Assembly (NCBI RefSeq): GCF_000181795.1
Contig: NW_003526941.1
Coordinates: forward strand, 1,522,624-1,576,646
Source of the DNA: Trichinella spiralis
Taxonomy: Eukaryota
Reading direction: 5' to 3'
Length of the DNA stretch: 54,023 bases
Below are positions 12,102 to 24,000 of this stretch, piece by piece. A program made the position numbers and the translations under genes. Numbering within the stretch: the first letter of the stretch is position 1; each line of letters begins with the position of its first letter. Below the pieces are notes generated by a model, which was given only the letters and a program-made list of their open reading frames with translations, had not been told where the DNA came from and searched no databases.

Positions 12102-12810
12102 GGTAGGTATGTAATTCAAATTTTCTTGCCCTGATCAACGTGTGAAATTTGAAATTGGAAACAGTTTTCAAACAAATTTTACGGATGCGTAAAATGCAAT
12201 CTGCTTCTCGTTGCTTCTTCTCTTCGTTTTTCAACTTTTCCTTCGGTCGTCAGTTAATTCGACAACAACCCAGCAGCACAATGGCTCTCCCAGCTATATT
12301 GATGAAAGTCGTCGACGTCAGCTGCGGCAAAGTTATGTTTACTTCAGCGTCAAGCCGATGATGCGCCTTTGACAAATCACCAACGCTAGAATAAACGACG
12401 CTGAAATGAAGAAGCTCATTTTTCCAACTTCCCCTTCTTCTTATGCTTTTTCTTCTATTTCTAGCTTTTATTCATTATATTTTACTAAAAAATTCTATAT
12501 AATGAATATTTTTGTTACATTCATCACCACCACAATTAAACATTAGCGATATTTTTTCCAATTCATTTCAACAATTACAGCTTTTGCTATTCGGCTTAAT
12601 TTCTCTTACTACTACTACTTCTACTACTACTCTCTTCTGCATTAAGGTTTGCATTTGAGGCATGCTATGTAAAAGTTGAAATATATTTCAAATTTGTTCA
12701 AAACGAACAATTCAAAAAAAACAATAATAATAATAATAAATAGAAAAGGCAGCCGTTGAGAAAGCAAATGTTTCTTCATCCAATCGACCAATCAATAATA
12801 TATCTGCAAT

Positions 12811-12821
12811 GGGGGGGGGGG
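12811..12821. repeat. G11 homopolymer
   Basis: Run of 11 G in AT-rich intergenic DNA. Confidence 0.9.
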
Positions 12822-13033
12822 ACCATGTGTTGTTATGATTATTATATTTTTTAACTATTTCAACTGGTGTAAAATTGGCTATCGAATGGGCAATTTTATT
12901 GCACTGAAGTTGAAATAAGTTACAGGGAAAAGTTTTGAAAAGATTTATGTATTAATATTTTTATTAAATGAGAGAAAAAACCACTGAATAGTTGAAATTA
13001 AAGAAACAACTTACACTTTCAAGAAGAATGCAC

Positions 13034-13037
<4 letters not shown>

Positions 13038-13070
<33 letters not shown>
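13038..13070. repeat. (AGT)11 microsatellite
   Basis: Direct reading. Additional degenerate units continue to ~13088. Confidence 0.9.
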
Positions 13071-13072
<2 letters not shown>

Positions 13073-13425
13073 AATTAGTAGTAGTAGAATAAATTGAGAG
13101 ATATTCAACGGCTAATTTATTAACTTCATGCCTTTAGTAATGCAAATGTACGAATTTCAGTGAAAAGAATTCCACTCCAGGGAGATCGACTTTATACAAG
13201 TAGAAACAATTTGCATGTGAAATTTGATTTTACTGAAGAATTTTAAAATGATGAAAAGCAGCAATGCAACATTTTGAAGAAAACACTTTTGTGCAATTTA
13301 CAATGTTATATATATATATATATTTATATTTAAGCAAATTTCTCCGACCTTTCAGTGGGACGTTATCTACATTATGACGTTCATTGTTTACAGAGTTGGT
13401 GTGTGTGTGTGTGTGTGTCTCCTTA

Positions 13426-13945
13426 TCAGCAGTATGCCAAGTCTTGGTATTGGGCTTCTAAATTCAAAATGCCCACGTCGTAAACAGTGTTCAGATTTTG
13501 CAGCGGCTGCACGACGTAATCTAGCGACGGGTATATTTTCATGCACAGAGGTTCGCTCTACAAGAACATATTTCACTCATCAGTAGTTGTTTCGATATTG
13601 TGTTACTTTGTCATCTTCCAATCCACAAGTATGCTTTATGTGGATGAACGGTTCGACCATGGCCGATTCTTCATTCCAACCTTCAATTTCGAAATAACCC
13701 TTCGAATCACTGACTGTTGAAGCAAGCTGATAAAAATAGCCTGGGTCTAAACAACGAAAGGAGTTTTTTCAGTTATTTCCCCCCTTTTTAAGCTTATTTG
13801 TACCTCTTTCAATAAGTTGCACAGTAACATTGGCGAGTGGTACTTGTCCGCACATCAGAGTCCCTTGAATTCGTAAAGTTTCCACAAAACCGTCAGCCAA
13901 CAAAGGCAGTAAAAGTACCGTTAAGATTGAACAAATATGTTTCAT
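13426..13945 (-). CDS. Transthyretin-like (TTR/TTL, nematode DUF290/TTR-52 family) secreted protein, 137 aa, 3 exons
   Basis: Exons 13945-13804, 13746-13607 and 13557-13426 splice in frame to MKHICSILTVLLLPLLADGFVETLRIQGTLMCGQVPLANVTVQLIERDPGYFYQLASTVSDSKGYFEIEGWNEESAMVEPFIHIKHTCGLEDDKSEPLCMKIYPSLDYVVQPLQNLNTVYDVGILNLEAQYQDLAYC*. Shows a signal peptide, GxLMCG, SDxxGxFxIxG, HxC, YDVGILNLE and 4 mature Cys, all typical of the family. Confidence 0.92.
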
Positions 13946-14894
13946 TTTAAAATGCTTTTTTCAATCGGAAAAAGTGTAGATCAAGGGTCGTCTTGGTCGT
14001 TGACTGTTTGCAAAATGCAAAATGTTCAAATTTTGCTGATTTTATCAGTGAAAAACGGTTGCCTGTTGCCTCAAAATTCATCAACTGGTTTGCTTTAGCA
14101 CGAAAACAAAGCCCATTGCTTTTCATGCTTGTATGACAAGTTTGCATTGCAAATTATCCGGTGTTTTCAGTTTCCATTTGCGCTACTATTTCAACCTGAT
14201 CTACCTTTTGTCTCTGTTCATATATGCCCATCAGTTTCTAGATTTTTCACGGTTGCTATTATTTAAAAAATGTATAATTATTACAGTTTTGACTGGTAAA
14301 ACAAAGTACACTTTTATGATGAATAATTGAACTTTCTATTCAATTTAATCATTCATGAATCTTTGCCAATTCACCGCGTTTACTCTTCAGTTCTGTTATT
14401 TCAAAATGTCTTTTTCCACAACAGTCTACGAAAAACTGAATTCGAACTAAGAAAGCTATTTGACTTATGTTGCTTCTTTTCGCATATTATTTGTATAACG
14501 ATATTCAATTCAAAGTAAGGGAAATAAATTTTCACAACTTGTTGAATTATATGATTACTGCAACTGCACAGGCCTGACGTTTCCTGTCAAGTACAAGTTT
14601 ACAGGATATAACACTATGCAACTACGCGTTTTTTAAGATGAAAAATTTGTCAGTAACATGCACAAACGCATATATAAATAAATATATTAAAAATTTATGA
14701 TTAGTATACTGTAACTCTACGATGATTTGCACGTACTTTTATATATTGTTCGTTGTGAAAAACTCACCCAGTACATACATATATTTTATGCGTTTCTTAC
14801 TTTATTTCTGTAAATAATATGATAAAATTGTGCTATTTGGCAACATGTTTTTCTCACTGGAATACGTGGTCTTGATGCACTATCTAATTGGTCA

Positions 14895-15375
14895 TGTAAC
14901 AACCAGTGCTGTACGGCGGCGTTGCTCATTGCAGGTCCGGCTGAGGTAGACGCAGAGCCGCGGCAATAAAACCTCCCATCCCGCCCAGTTCAAAGTCGCC
15001 ACCGGCGAGGACCGCGGGTGGCTTCTGGCGACAGACCCTCATGACACGACAAGTCGGTACCTAATTAGCCGTTGTTCAGCGGGTCACCGATGATCCGTTG
15101 GGGCAGCGGATCAAAGCCCACGCGTAACAAGCCGCTGATTTATAGAAGGGCCGTAAGCCGGGAGACTGTCAGCAAGACAATAGGGGGAGACGGATCTTTT
15201 TCGGAGACAGAGCGGTGACCGACGTGGAGACAAGTAGTACGTGTGGAAGTGTGTCCTGAGAATGTCGACGAGAAAACGAGACCGAGAGCGGGAAAGAACA
15301 AACACAGAGCGACGGCGGACGAACTGGCGCGAACCCGGAGGCAGATCAGCCGCCCCCACCCGGCGGGTCGTTACA
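14895..15375. mobile_element. Solo LTR-like element (Ty3/Gypsy-type ends), 481 bp
   Basis: Sharply bounded GC-rich island. Starts TGTAACAACC and ends GGTCGTTACA (9/10 inverted match, TG...CA). Flanked by GTCA / GTAA (4-bp TSD with one mismatch). TATA-like TTTATAGAA at 15139-15147. No coding remnant recognised, so a short TIR element cannot be excluded. Confidence 0.8.
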
Positions 15376-16196
15376 GTAAATTGTCATTTCAGCTTCCGTC
15401 TTCTAATCTGCGTTGGTTTCTTGTGTATAGGTTTTGCATGCGCAGTGTTCACTTGTTCTTTCTCTTTTGTCGCTGATGCTGATCAACACTTGTATTCTAA
15501 AATGATATTTATGTAAATATGTGCAGTGTAGATGTAATCATGTAGTGTGAATATCAGTTCCTTAATTTTAAACTTATTTTTAATTTCAACATATTAATAT
15601 TATGTAACTGGATTATTCATCTTTGAACCTGCTGTTTCACATTTACAGTATACAGAAAATTACAGTATGTAATTAGCGCATTTAAAAAAACAGAAGGTAA
15701 AATTTGAAATAAAGGTAGTAATTGAAGTTTACATTTTTCAAGTAGCATTTTTACTTGAAGTTAAACTGTTGTTTCATATAATTGAATTCCCTCATATTGT
15801 TGTCTGCTTTGAATACTTTTACATTACAAGGTAATTAAACTGTGGTAAATACGATGCTTTTATTTTAGCAATAAGTTCAACTTTAACTTCAAAAGTTAAA
15901 GCTTGATATTTATTTTTCTTTCTTTCAGCATAAAGTTTTAATAGGTTTGCATAGGTTTATCTGTATTGCAGTGATAATAGTATAACTTCAATGATTGTAT
16001 TTTATTTCGTTTATATATTGGGTGACAAGTTTGAAGCTTGCCTTGCATTCTGGTATGCATTGTTTTTGAAACTATTTACAAAGAAGTTGACCTTACACAA
16101 GTTTGATAGAGTAGTCGTTTACCTTTTCTTATTCATTCGGCTTACTTATATAATTACGTTTCTTTAATTTTGTTTCCTTTCCAGAATAAAGTGGCG

Positions 16197-17286
16197 ATGG
16201 CGGAAAAGTTTATTGGAAAATACAGATTCGTTTCCTCAGAGAATTTTGATGAATTTATGAAAGCGCTTGGTATGTTCAACATTTTGAGTATCATTTTCAA
16301 TAGTTCAAATTAATGGATATATTATGTGTTTCCTCTCTCATTGATACTGTCATTGAATATTTTAACATATTTAAAGAAATTTCATATGTTTATTTATGTC
16401 ACCAAAATTTGTTATGAAATTTATCTTGTAGCATTGTTCAAAAACAAATAGTTGATAAGCTTATATAATTAAGCAATGTTGTGTGTGTGTAAAATTTTAA
16501 TCTGGCTTGATGTAATGATTTAAAGATTTTGTTTTTTAAAAGTATGCTTCAAAGATGCGTAGTAAAAAGTTCAGTGACATTTGAAAATACTTGTAAAATT
16601 GCTTTGTTTGACCTGTATCAATTATTTGTGATTTTCTGATTCGTTTATATCAGTAAGTGAAATCGAAATTTGAAATTGTCTTACATAATTATCTGTCGTT
16701 TCATAAATTGAAGCATAAATTTAATTGTGTGAAATGAGACAGTCGCTTAGAATTCGAATGCTTAGAATTTTTCTTCTGTTATTATAAGCGTTTTATTTTA
16801 AGGTGTGAATTATTTGTTACGCAAAATTGCCAATGCTGCCTCACCTGTCGTTGAATTTTCACTTGACAGAGACGTTTGGACTCTGCGCAACGTTTCTACG
16901 TTTCGTACGTTGGAAATTTCTTTCCGTCTTGGTGAAGAAGTTGATGAGGTGACTCCTGACGGTCGACATGTTAAAGTAAAGCATTGTTGTGTTTTTATTT
17001 CATTATTAATTGCTTATTTTGTAGACTGTATTTACTTATGAAAATGGAGAATTAAAACAAGTGCAAAAAGCCGTTAAACCTGGTGAAAAAGATAGCATTT
17101 TTATTCGGAAACTTGAAGGTGACAAACTTATTACGGTATGCAGTTTTTCTCACAGGAAACAATGTAGCATTTTAATTTTAATTTTAATTTTATAAAACTG
17201 TTGAATATTGAAATTTGTGCTCGTTTTTATAGACTTGCATTTGTGGTAATGTTACCAGTATTCGTGTTCTCCAGCGAATAAGTTAA
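16197..17286 (+). CDS. Intracellular fatty acid-binding protein (FABP/lbp family), 4 exons
   Basis: Exons 16197-16269, 16803-16975, 17025-17135, 17233-17286. MAEKFIGKYRFVSSENFDEFMKALGV signature, STFRTLEISFRLGEEVDEVTPDGR, and the canonical 3-intron FABP layout. Confidence 0.95.
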
Positions 17287-18416
17287 ATTAATGATTTCGT
17301 GATTTGTTCATTTATTCATTCATTACTGCCGACATAAGTTATAAATTCCAGATAATGTTTGTGTGAATGTTATATTACAGAGCGGTGGTTTTTTACAACT
17401 GCAAAGTGCCAATACACTTATTCACTGCCTGCTTGTCTGAATTCTGATGTAATAGGCGATTTCCGTTTGCGTTTTTAAATGTTCCTGATGTTTTCTTGAA
17501 CTTCTTTTTTGTTTGATAAATTATAATAATGAACGTTGTTGGTTTTAAAATAAATAAGTTGATTTGTTTAGGTTTCTTTTTCTTTTTATTTTATATAAGT
17601 TTCATCATTCGGAAAAGAAAATGATATGCGGTTCTTTAGAGTGAATTGTTTGTTCATTTGCAATGTTTGTTGCCACAGTTTTTAGACTATTATGGAAAAT
17701 TGACGATGAGCTATGTAGTTCTTTCGGTTGAGATTGATTTTTCACTGAAACTCTTTCTAAAGCAACTGCTAGTAAAGAATTCCAACTTTTTTGGAAATCG
17801 ATTTACTTTTATTGAAATCAAAGAGAAATTGCATGCAGATGTTGGGTGAAATTATTTTCATTTCCCAGTTGGATGAAATTTAATACGAAACTCTCGTTTT
17901 ATAACAATGCAAATTGTGAAAAAGTAAATTTGATTGAAAAACTGTTGAAAATTGAAATTTGAATTTAATTTGGTCATCGTCAGTCAGCATTCGTTTTAGT
18001 TTATTCATTTGTTTATTTTAAATTGCATTTAATTATTTCAGAACTTCGTTTGTATATTTTGTAAATTGTTTAATTGGAATGAATGAAATTTTCAACGATT
18101 TGTTATATTGATTGAAGAAAAAAAATTGAAAATCTCAAATACGAAATTTGATTGAAAGTACTGAATCAGGAATTGGAAAAAGCGAAATTTTGCGAAAAAT
18201 TTTGACAACCCAAACAGTGGAGGAGAATATTTTCACCTTGCTCAAAGGTGTGCTGTGAAAAGCGAGGGCGTAGGATTTTGTTCTGCTTTCTGTTGAAGCA
18301 AAGAAAAGCCCGACGAAGCAAGCACCTGCCTCAGCTGTAAGCTCAATCGAACCCAGAAGAGCGGATTTTGCTTGCCCACTTCGCAGACAACACGGTCGTC
18401 GTCATTTGCAGCACAT

Positions 18417-18438
18417 TATATATATATATATATATATA
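18417..18438. repeat. (TA)11 microsatellite
   Basis: Direct reading. Confidence 0.9.
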
Positions 18439-21015
18439 GCAGCAGTCGAAGAAGCAGCTGAAGCCATTTGCTTTCAAACAGCCAAAAAGCGCTTGCAACT
18501 TCTTCCAACGTCAGTCAGTCAAACGTTCGTTTCACTCGGTGAAGTTTCCCTTGGCTTGTAAAGCATCCCGCCGCCGATTGGTTGGTTTATTTGGCATTTA
18601 TTCAGTGCTGCAGCTGCCGTTTCACACTCACTTGATCTACCTATGAACAACACAATCTTCTCAATTCAACGTATCATACATACATACATGCATACATAGT
18701 TTGCTCTGCTTTGGCGAGTGAGTTCAGGTTTTACTATTTTAATGTTTGTAGAATTTTGAAGAAAAAACAAAATTATCATTTTCCTGCTAACAATTAACAA
18801 AACATTAAATAATTCCACGACCATTTAGTTATTAAGTTCATTGTAAAATTGAAATCATTGCATTGTTTATTTTGTTAATCGTCCATTTCTTCACTGAAAC
18901 AGTGGTGAATTCTTCTTATCTAATAATTTTTGTTTAGATAATGACTCAAAATTAATTACTGCAGAAATGACTTAACATAATCCATGTTGCTATGACGCTG
19001 TCCATGGTGAATTGTAGCTTGGTCAATTTAGAAACAAATTATTGATTTACATCATATTGATTTCAAAAAATATATTCCTTTGAAAACAAACACATTTATA
19101 ATTATATTATTATCAGAGGAAATACTTTATTTAATTATTATTTTGAATATTGTAATTTAAAAGATATTTCTCAAGAATACGTGATTATCACAAACTTTTC
19201 TGCATACTGTACAAGGTTGACTCGTGTGGAATTTTTTTATTTTTATTTTTAATTTAGTTAGTTGATTGCAGTTTCTTTTGATAAAAAATTTTCATCTCTC
19301 ATGAAACATTATTCTCGACTAGTTTTAATTGGATTCTATTTCAAAATTATTGAAGAAGGACGACATATTTGAAACGCCGAGAAATTGCAAACATTCACCA
19401 TTGTCAGATTGGGTGAATTCTTATGAATTGAAAATTCTTATGATTTATGACTGCTGTTTATTGAAAACAAAATCCTTTCAGTGATAATGAATGCGTACTT
19501 TTTTTCACCTTCCGGGAATTGCTGATTCATGCACAAACAGCGGTTAGTCTTATTTTCACCTTAAATTGGGCAATAGCTTTCGTCGAACAATAGGAAGAGA
19601 AAATTATTTTTCCTTCTTTGGAAATGCAATGATTCATTTTTAATTTGGGTTTTTTGTTCTGCAAACACGTTATCATCGTTTGAGTTGAATCACACTGCAA
19701 AACCCACGCAAAAGAAGGGGTTAAAAATACAGATCATTTGTAGAGCATTTTAGCATCAAAATTGTTTGAAATAAATGTACAAGTGGCGCACCAGTTCAGA
19801 TAAATTACATTCTCAACAATTCTAGTATTTTAGTGTAATCTTTTATTTTTTTCGCATATCTATGCAAAAAATGTTCTGTAAAATGTATATTTGAATATCG
19901 ATTTAATGGAATTAATAAATGTATAAAAAACTGAAATAAGTGTTATTTTTGTTTAGATTTAATTTCAGAAAAAAAATTTTCAAATTTTTTTGTACCTGAA
20001 AATCAGCATAAAAGTAAGCGCTGACTGTAAGGTGTTTTAATTTGAACTTGTACAACTAGGGCCGTCGGTTTGATTTTTGAGCTTGATGCAGCTAGGCGGA
20101 AGAAAATTTATGAAAAATAGCAGCCGGTTCTAGCAGGCTGAGATTACTTGAAACCAGTCAATTGGGTCGAAGTTGGAACGAATTCTGGCCACTTGCAGCA
20201 ACAGGTGAAGGAAGTTCAACGGCGAACATGTTTCTGTTTCAATGATTCAACATTTTTAAAATAAATATATATTTATTTATACAGATTTTTATTTATCGTT
20301 TAGTTCATCGGGCTTGTTGAGACAAGTGTTTTAACAACGTTTTTCACGCTTCGACTTTGGTAGAGTTTTTCTTCGTGAGGCATAGTAAGTGCCCCCTAGC
20401 TACCGTCCGCTGTCTGTTACTTGGTTTGATTTTTGATCTGCAGATAATACAAACTGATTAAATTCTACAATTTGTTAATTGTGTGAGTTGTTTTTCTTTT
20501 TCTTTTGTTTTGTTCATTTTTTTCACGATTGAGCAATTGAATATTTTTCTGTTTTCCATTTTGCTATTGGTGAGTCGTGTAATTGAACGGCTGTTGAAAG
20601 CGACCAATAGTAGTAGTAGTGGGTAGCGTTTTCGTGCTTGGAGTTTTTTTGAACGTGCGTGTAGACGACGTATTTTCCAACATAAATTGACGGCAACGTT
20701 TGTTAGTTGAATTGTTTATTTTTGACAAACGTTGTTTCCATTTTAATCCAGCATATCGTATCTCAGGGATGGTTGGTAGGGATTTCGAATTTTGCGTTCT
20801 TCTGTCTCGCAACTTTGAGCAGCTGATTGATGATTATCGACGTTTGCTTTTGCATTGTATAACAGCTGCTGGAGTCGATTGTTCATCATCCATTGGCTGA
20901 AAGCTTTCGATTTCTCAGTTTCCCAATACGCATCATAGCCCCTTTCTCCTCCCACTCTTATTACTGCCGTTTACTTCGTTGATGAATATTTTGTGTGTGT
21001 AGGATTTGGTTCTGA

Positions 21016-24000
21016 ATGGAATTGCAGCCGACTGCCGACGAAAAGGAAGGTGGAGATATTCCTCGTATCTCTTCTCGGTTCCAGGTGAACAAAGTGGACG
21101 CTGACGATGCGTCAGGAAACAACGCATCGGCCAACCAGGTATGCCAAAACTCTGCCGATGAGGCAGAAGATGCGAAGGCAAAGCAAGTGAAATTCTGCGT
21201 GGCCGATGAAAATCTCGACGACAACTCGGTTCACTCGAACTCCAACGTCAATACTCGTCGTGGGACTTTTTGCAAAAGTTTTCGAGAGGTTCAGACAGTG
21301 GAACGTGTACCCGACATCAATCATTATCGCAATATATTGTCCATCGAAGGTGCCATTGCAAGCAGGCCGTCTTTGGCCGAACTGCACGAGGAGCACTACG
21401 GTCGTGAAAATGCTGGTTTGGAGAATTTCAAACTGCTCAATGTAAGTTTTTTTTACATTTTTTACTTGTACAGTACAATGTGTGTATTGTGATGATTGTA
21501 ATTTGTTGACTGCCATTACTTTAGTTTATCTTGAGGTGAAATTGAAATTTTTAATTAGTTATAATTGAATCGGTTGTTTGGTAAAAGTTTTATTTATTTT
21601 ATAATGGATCAAGAAACACCTACAACAAGTTGTCGAATGTTTGCATCAGCTTTATATAGTTGAAATTTCAGTCGATTTTTATACTCAGAGCAATCACTAT
21701 GTGTTTAATTGTTATCAGTTTCAACGATGTTTCATTAATATTCTCAATTAATGAAATTGAAATATTGAATGAGTTATTTTGTTCGAAATTTAATTTTCAC
21801 AAACAGTTTTTCCATATGATTTATGTGTAGAAGAATTTTGAAAGAAGAAAATTTGTTATTGTTGTTATGTTATGAAATTTGATTATTCAGATGATCAATT
21901 TCTTGACGTTTGATTATGCATTGTTAATATTGCAGTCGAATGATTTTCAAGTTTTCTTTTGTTAATTTTTACAAATTGTCGTAATTATAATTACAATACG
22001 ATAATTGTCCATTGCTCGATAATAGTGGAAACACGTTGAACGGTCCAGTGCTTTAATTTTCATTGATCATTGAGAATAGCGAAGTGATGCAAACGATGCT
22101 TATCATCATCAATACGAGCGTTTTATTTTATGCTTGTTAAACAGCAGGTGGGTAGTTGGAAAGCAGAGCAGTATCGATATCAGAAAATTGTAATCTTTTT
22201 TGTTTTTTATGTTGCAGGAATCCCCTATTCTTCAAAAAATTGATATTTAAAAATAAAAAATATATATAATCTTTTCTTCTTCTTCCAACAGTAAGATTAA
22301 TAGTTGTATTTGGTTTAAATTTGAATTTTTTAGCCAACTGTTTCGAACGAATCAAAAGCGTCGACGAATCTATCATCATCAGCTGGTTTGAAACTCGGAT
22401 GGATACAAGGCGTTCTAGTAAATTTGCAATTTATTGCAAATTGCAATAAGACGACACAGTTGAAAAAAATATATGTTCACTTTTAGATGAGATGTTTTTT
22501 GAGTATTTTGGGTACAATTTTATTTCTGCGCATAAGTTGGATGGCCGCATATGCTGGAATTGGATACGGCTTGTTGGTAATATTCATCGGCGCAGGCGTG
22601 TCGGTGATCACATCTTTATCCATGTGTGCAATATGCACAAACGGAGACATAAAAGGAGGTAAAATTGATATGCACTGTTTGATTGTTATGTTTATTGTCT
22701 ATCATTGTTGTATTTGTTTGCAATTTTCAAGGTGGTGCGTATTTTATGATATCACGATCGATGGGACCTGAATTTGGTGGAAGTATTGGTTTGATTTTTG
22801 CCTTTGCCAACGTTGTTTCGGCTTCATTTTGCGTTGTCGGTTTTTCGGAAACTTTGCGCGACGTGCTAATGGTAAGCAGAAAATATTTCTATATAATCAA
22901 TCATACTGTACCAGTAATATGAATTGAGCATTGCACTTTCAGGATGCTGATATTTCACTGTTCGACGGTGGCTTGAATGCGATTCGTTTCATTGGCGTAC
23001 TGACAGCAATACTGATAATGGGCATCGTGTGTGTTGGCATTTCTTTCGAATCCAAAGCTCAAGTGTTCATGCTGTTCGCACTGGCGGTATCGTTGGTCGA
23101 TTTTATGGTCGGTACGTTTTTGCCGGTCAACGATGAGAAACGCTCTCGCGGAGTGACCGGCTACACTTGGGATACATTTTCCACAAACTTCTTCCCCGAC
23201 TGGCGAGGCGAAACGTTCTTTTCCGTCTTCTCTGTCTATTATCCGGCTACCACCGGCATCATGGCCGGTGCGAACATTTCCGGCGATTTGGCTGATCCAT
23301 CCACCGCAATTCCACTTGGAACTTTGTTGGCCATTCTATTGACCAGTTTGATCTACGCCGGCACGTTGGTCATTACCGGCTCAACAGTTATTAGGTATTA
23401 TTTATTATTGTCCCTTTGGTTATAATCATTGGACCACTGACCCTCCCCCTCCCTATCTCTCTCTTTATCTCTCTCTCTCTCTCTCTAATTCAGAGATGCT
23501 TCCGGAAAATTGGACGACTTGTACAACGGCACTTTGGCCAACTGCTCGGTCAATGGTACTTGTTATTTTGGTATTTCCAATTACAATCAGGTGACCAAGC
23601 AACAAATGTATTCTGCATGTTCACTGCGCTGACTGGGGGATGCTTTCTTGTAGACTTTGGGATTACTCGGCGCTTGGGGACCGTTAATCGTTGCCGGCAT
23701 TTTTGCCGCCACGCTCAGCTCCGCTTTGTCTGGATTCGTCTCTGGACCGAAATTGTTCCAAGTGAGAGAGGAAAAAAGAAAATGGAAATGTTTTCATCTT
23801 GGAACATTTTCTTCTTCTTCTTTCTCTTCTTTTTGCAGGCTTTGGGCAAAGACAGGCTTTTTCCAGGCATTTCTTGGTTTTCAGTCGGCTATGGCAAGAA
23901 CGATGAACCACGACGAGCTTATTTACTTGGATTCTTTCTCATGCTGGGCATTGTATCTATCGGTAAGTGTACGGTTTGGTAAAAAGTTCATTTCTTTTCA

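Noticed and set aside
15111..15516. ORFs within and leaving the GC-rich element as gag/pol remnants
   Set aside because: No retroelement motifs; open frames are explained by high GC.
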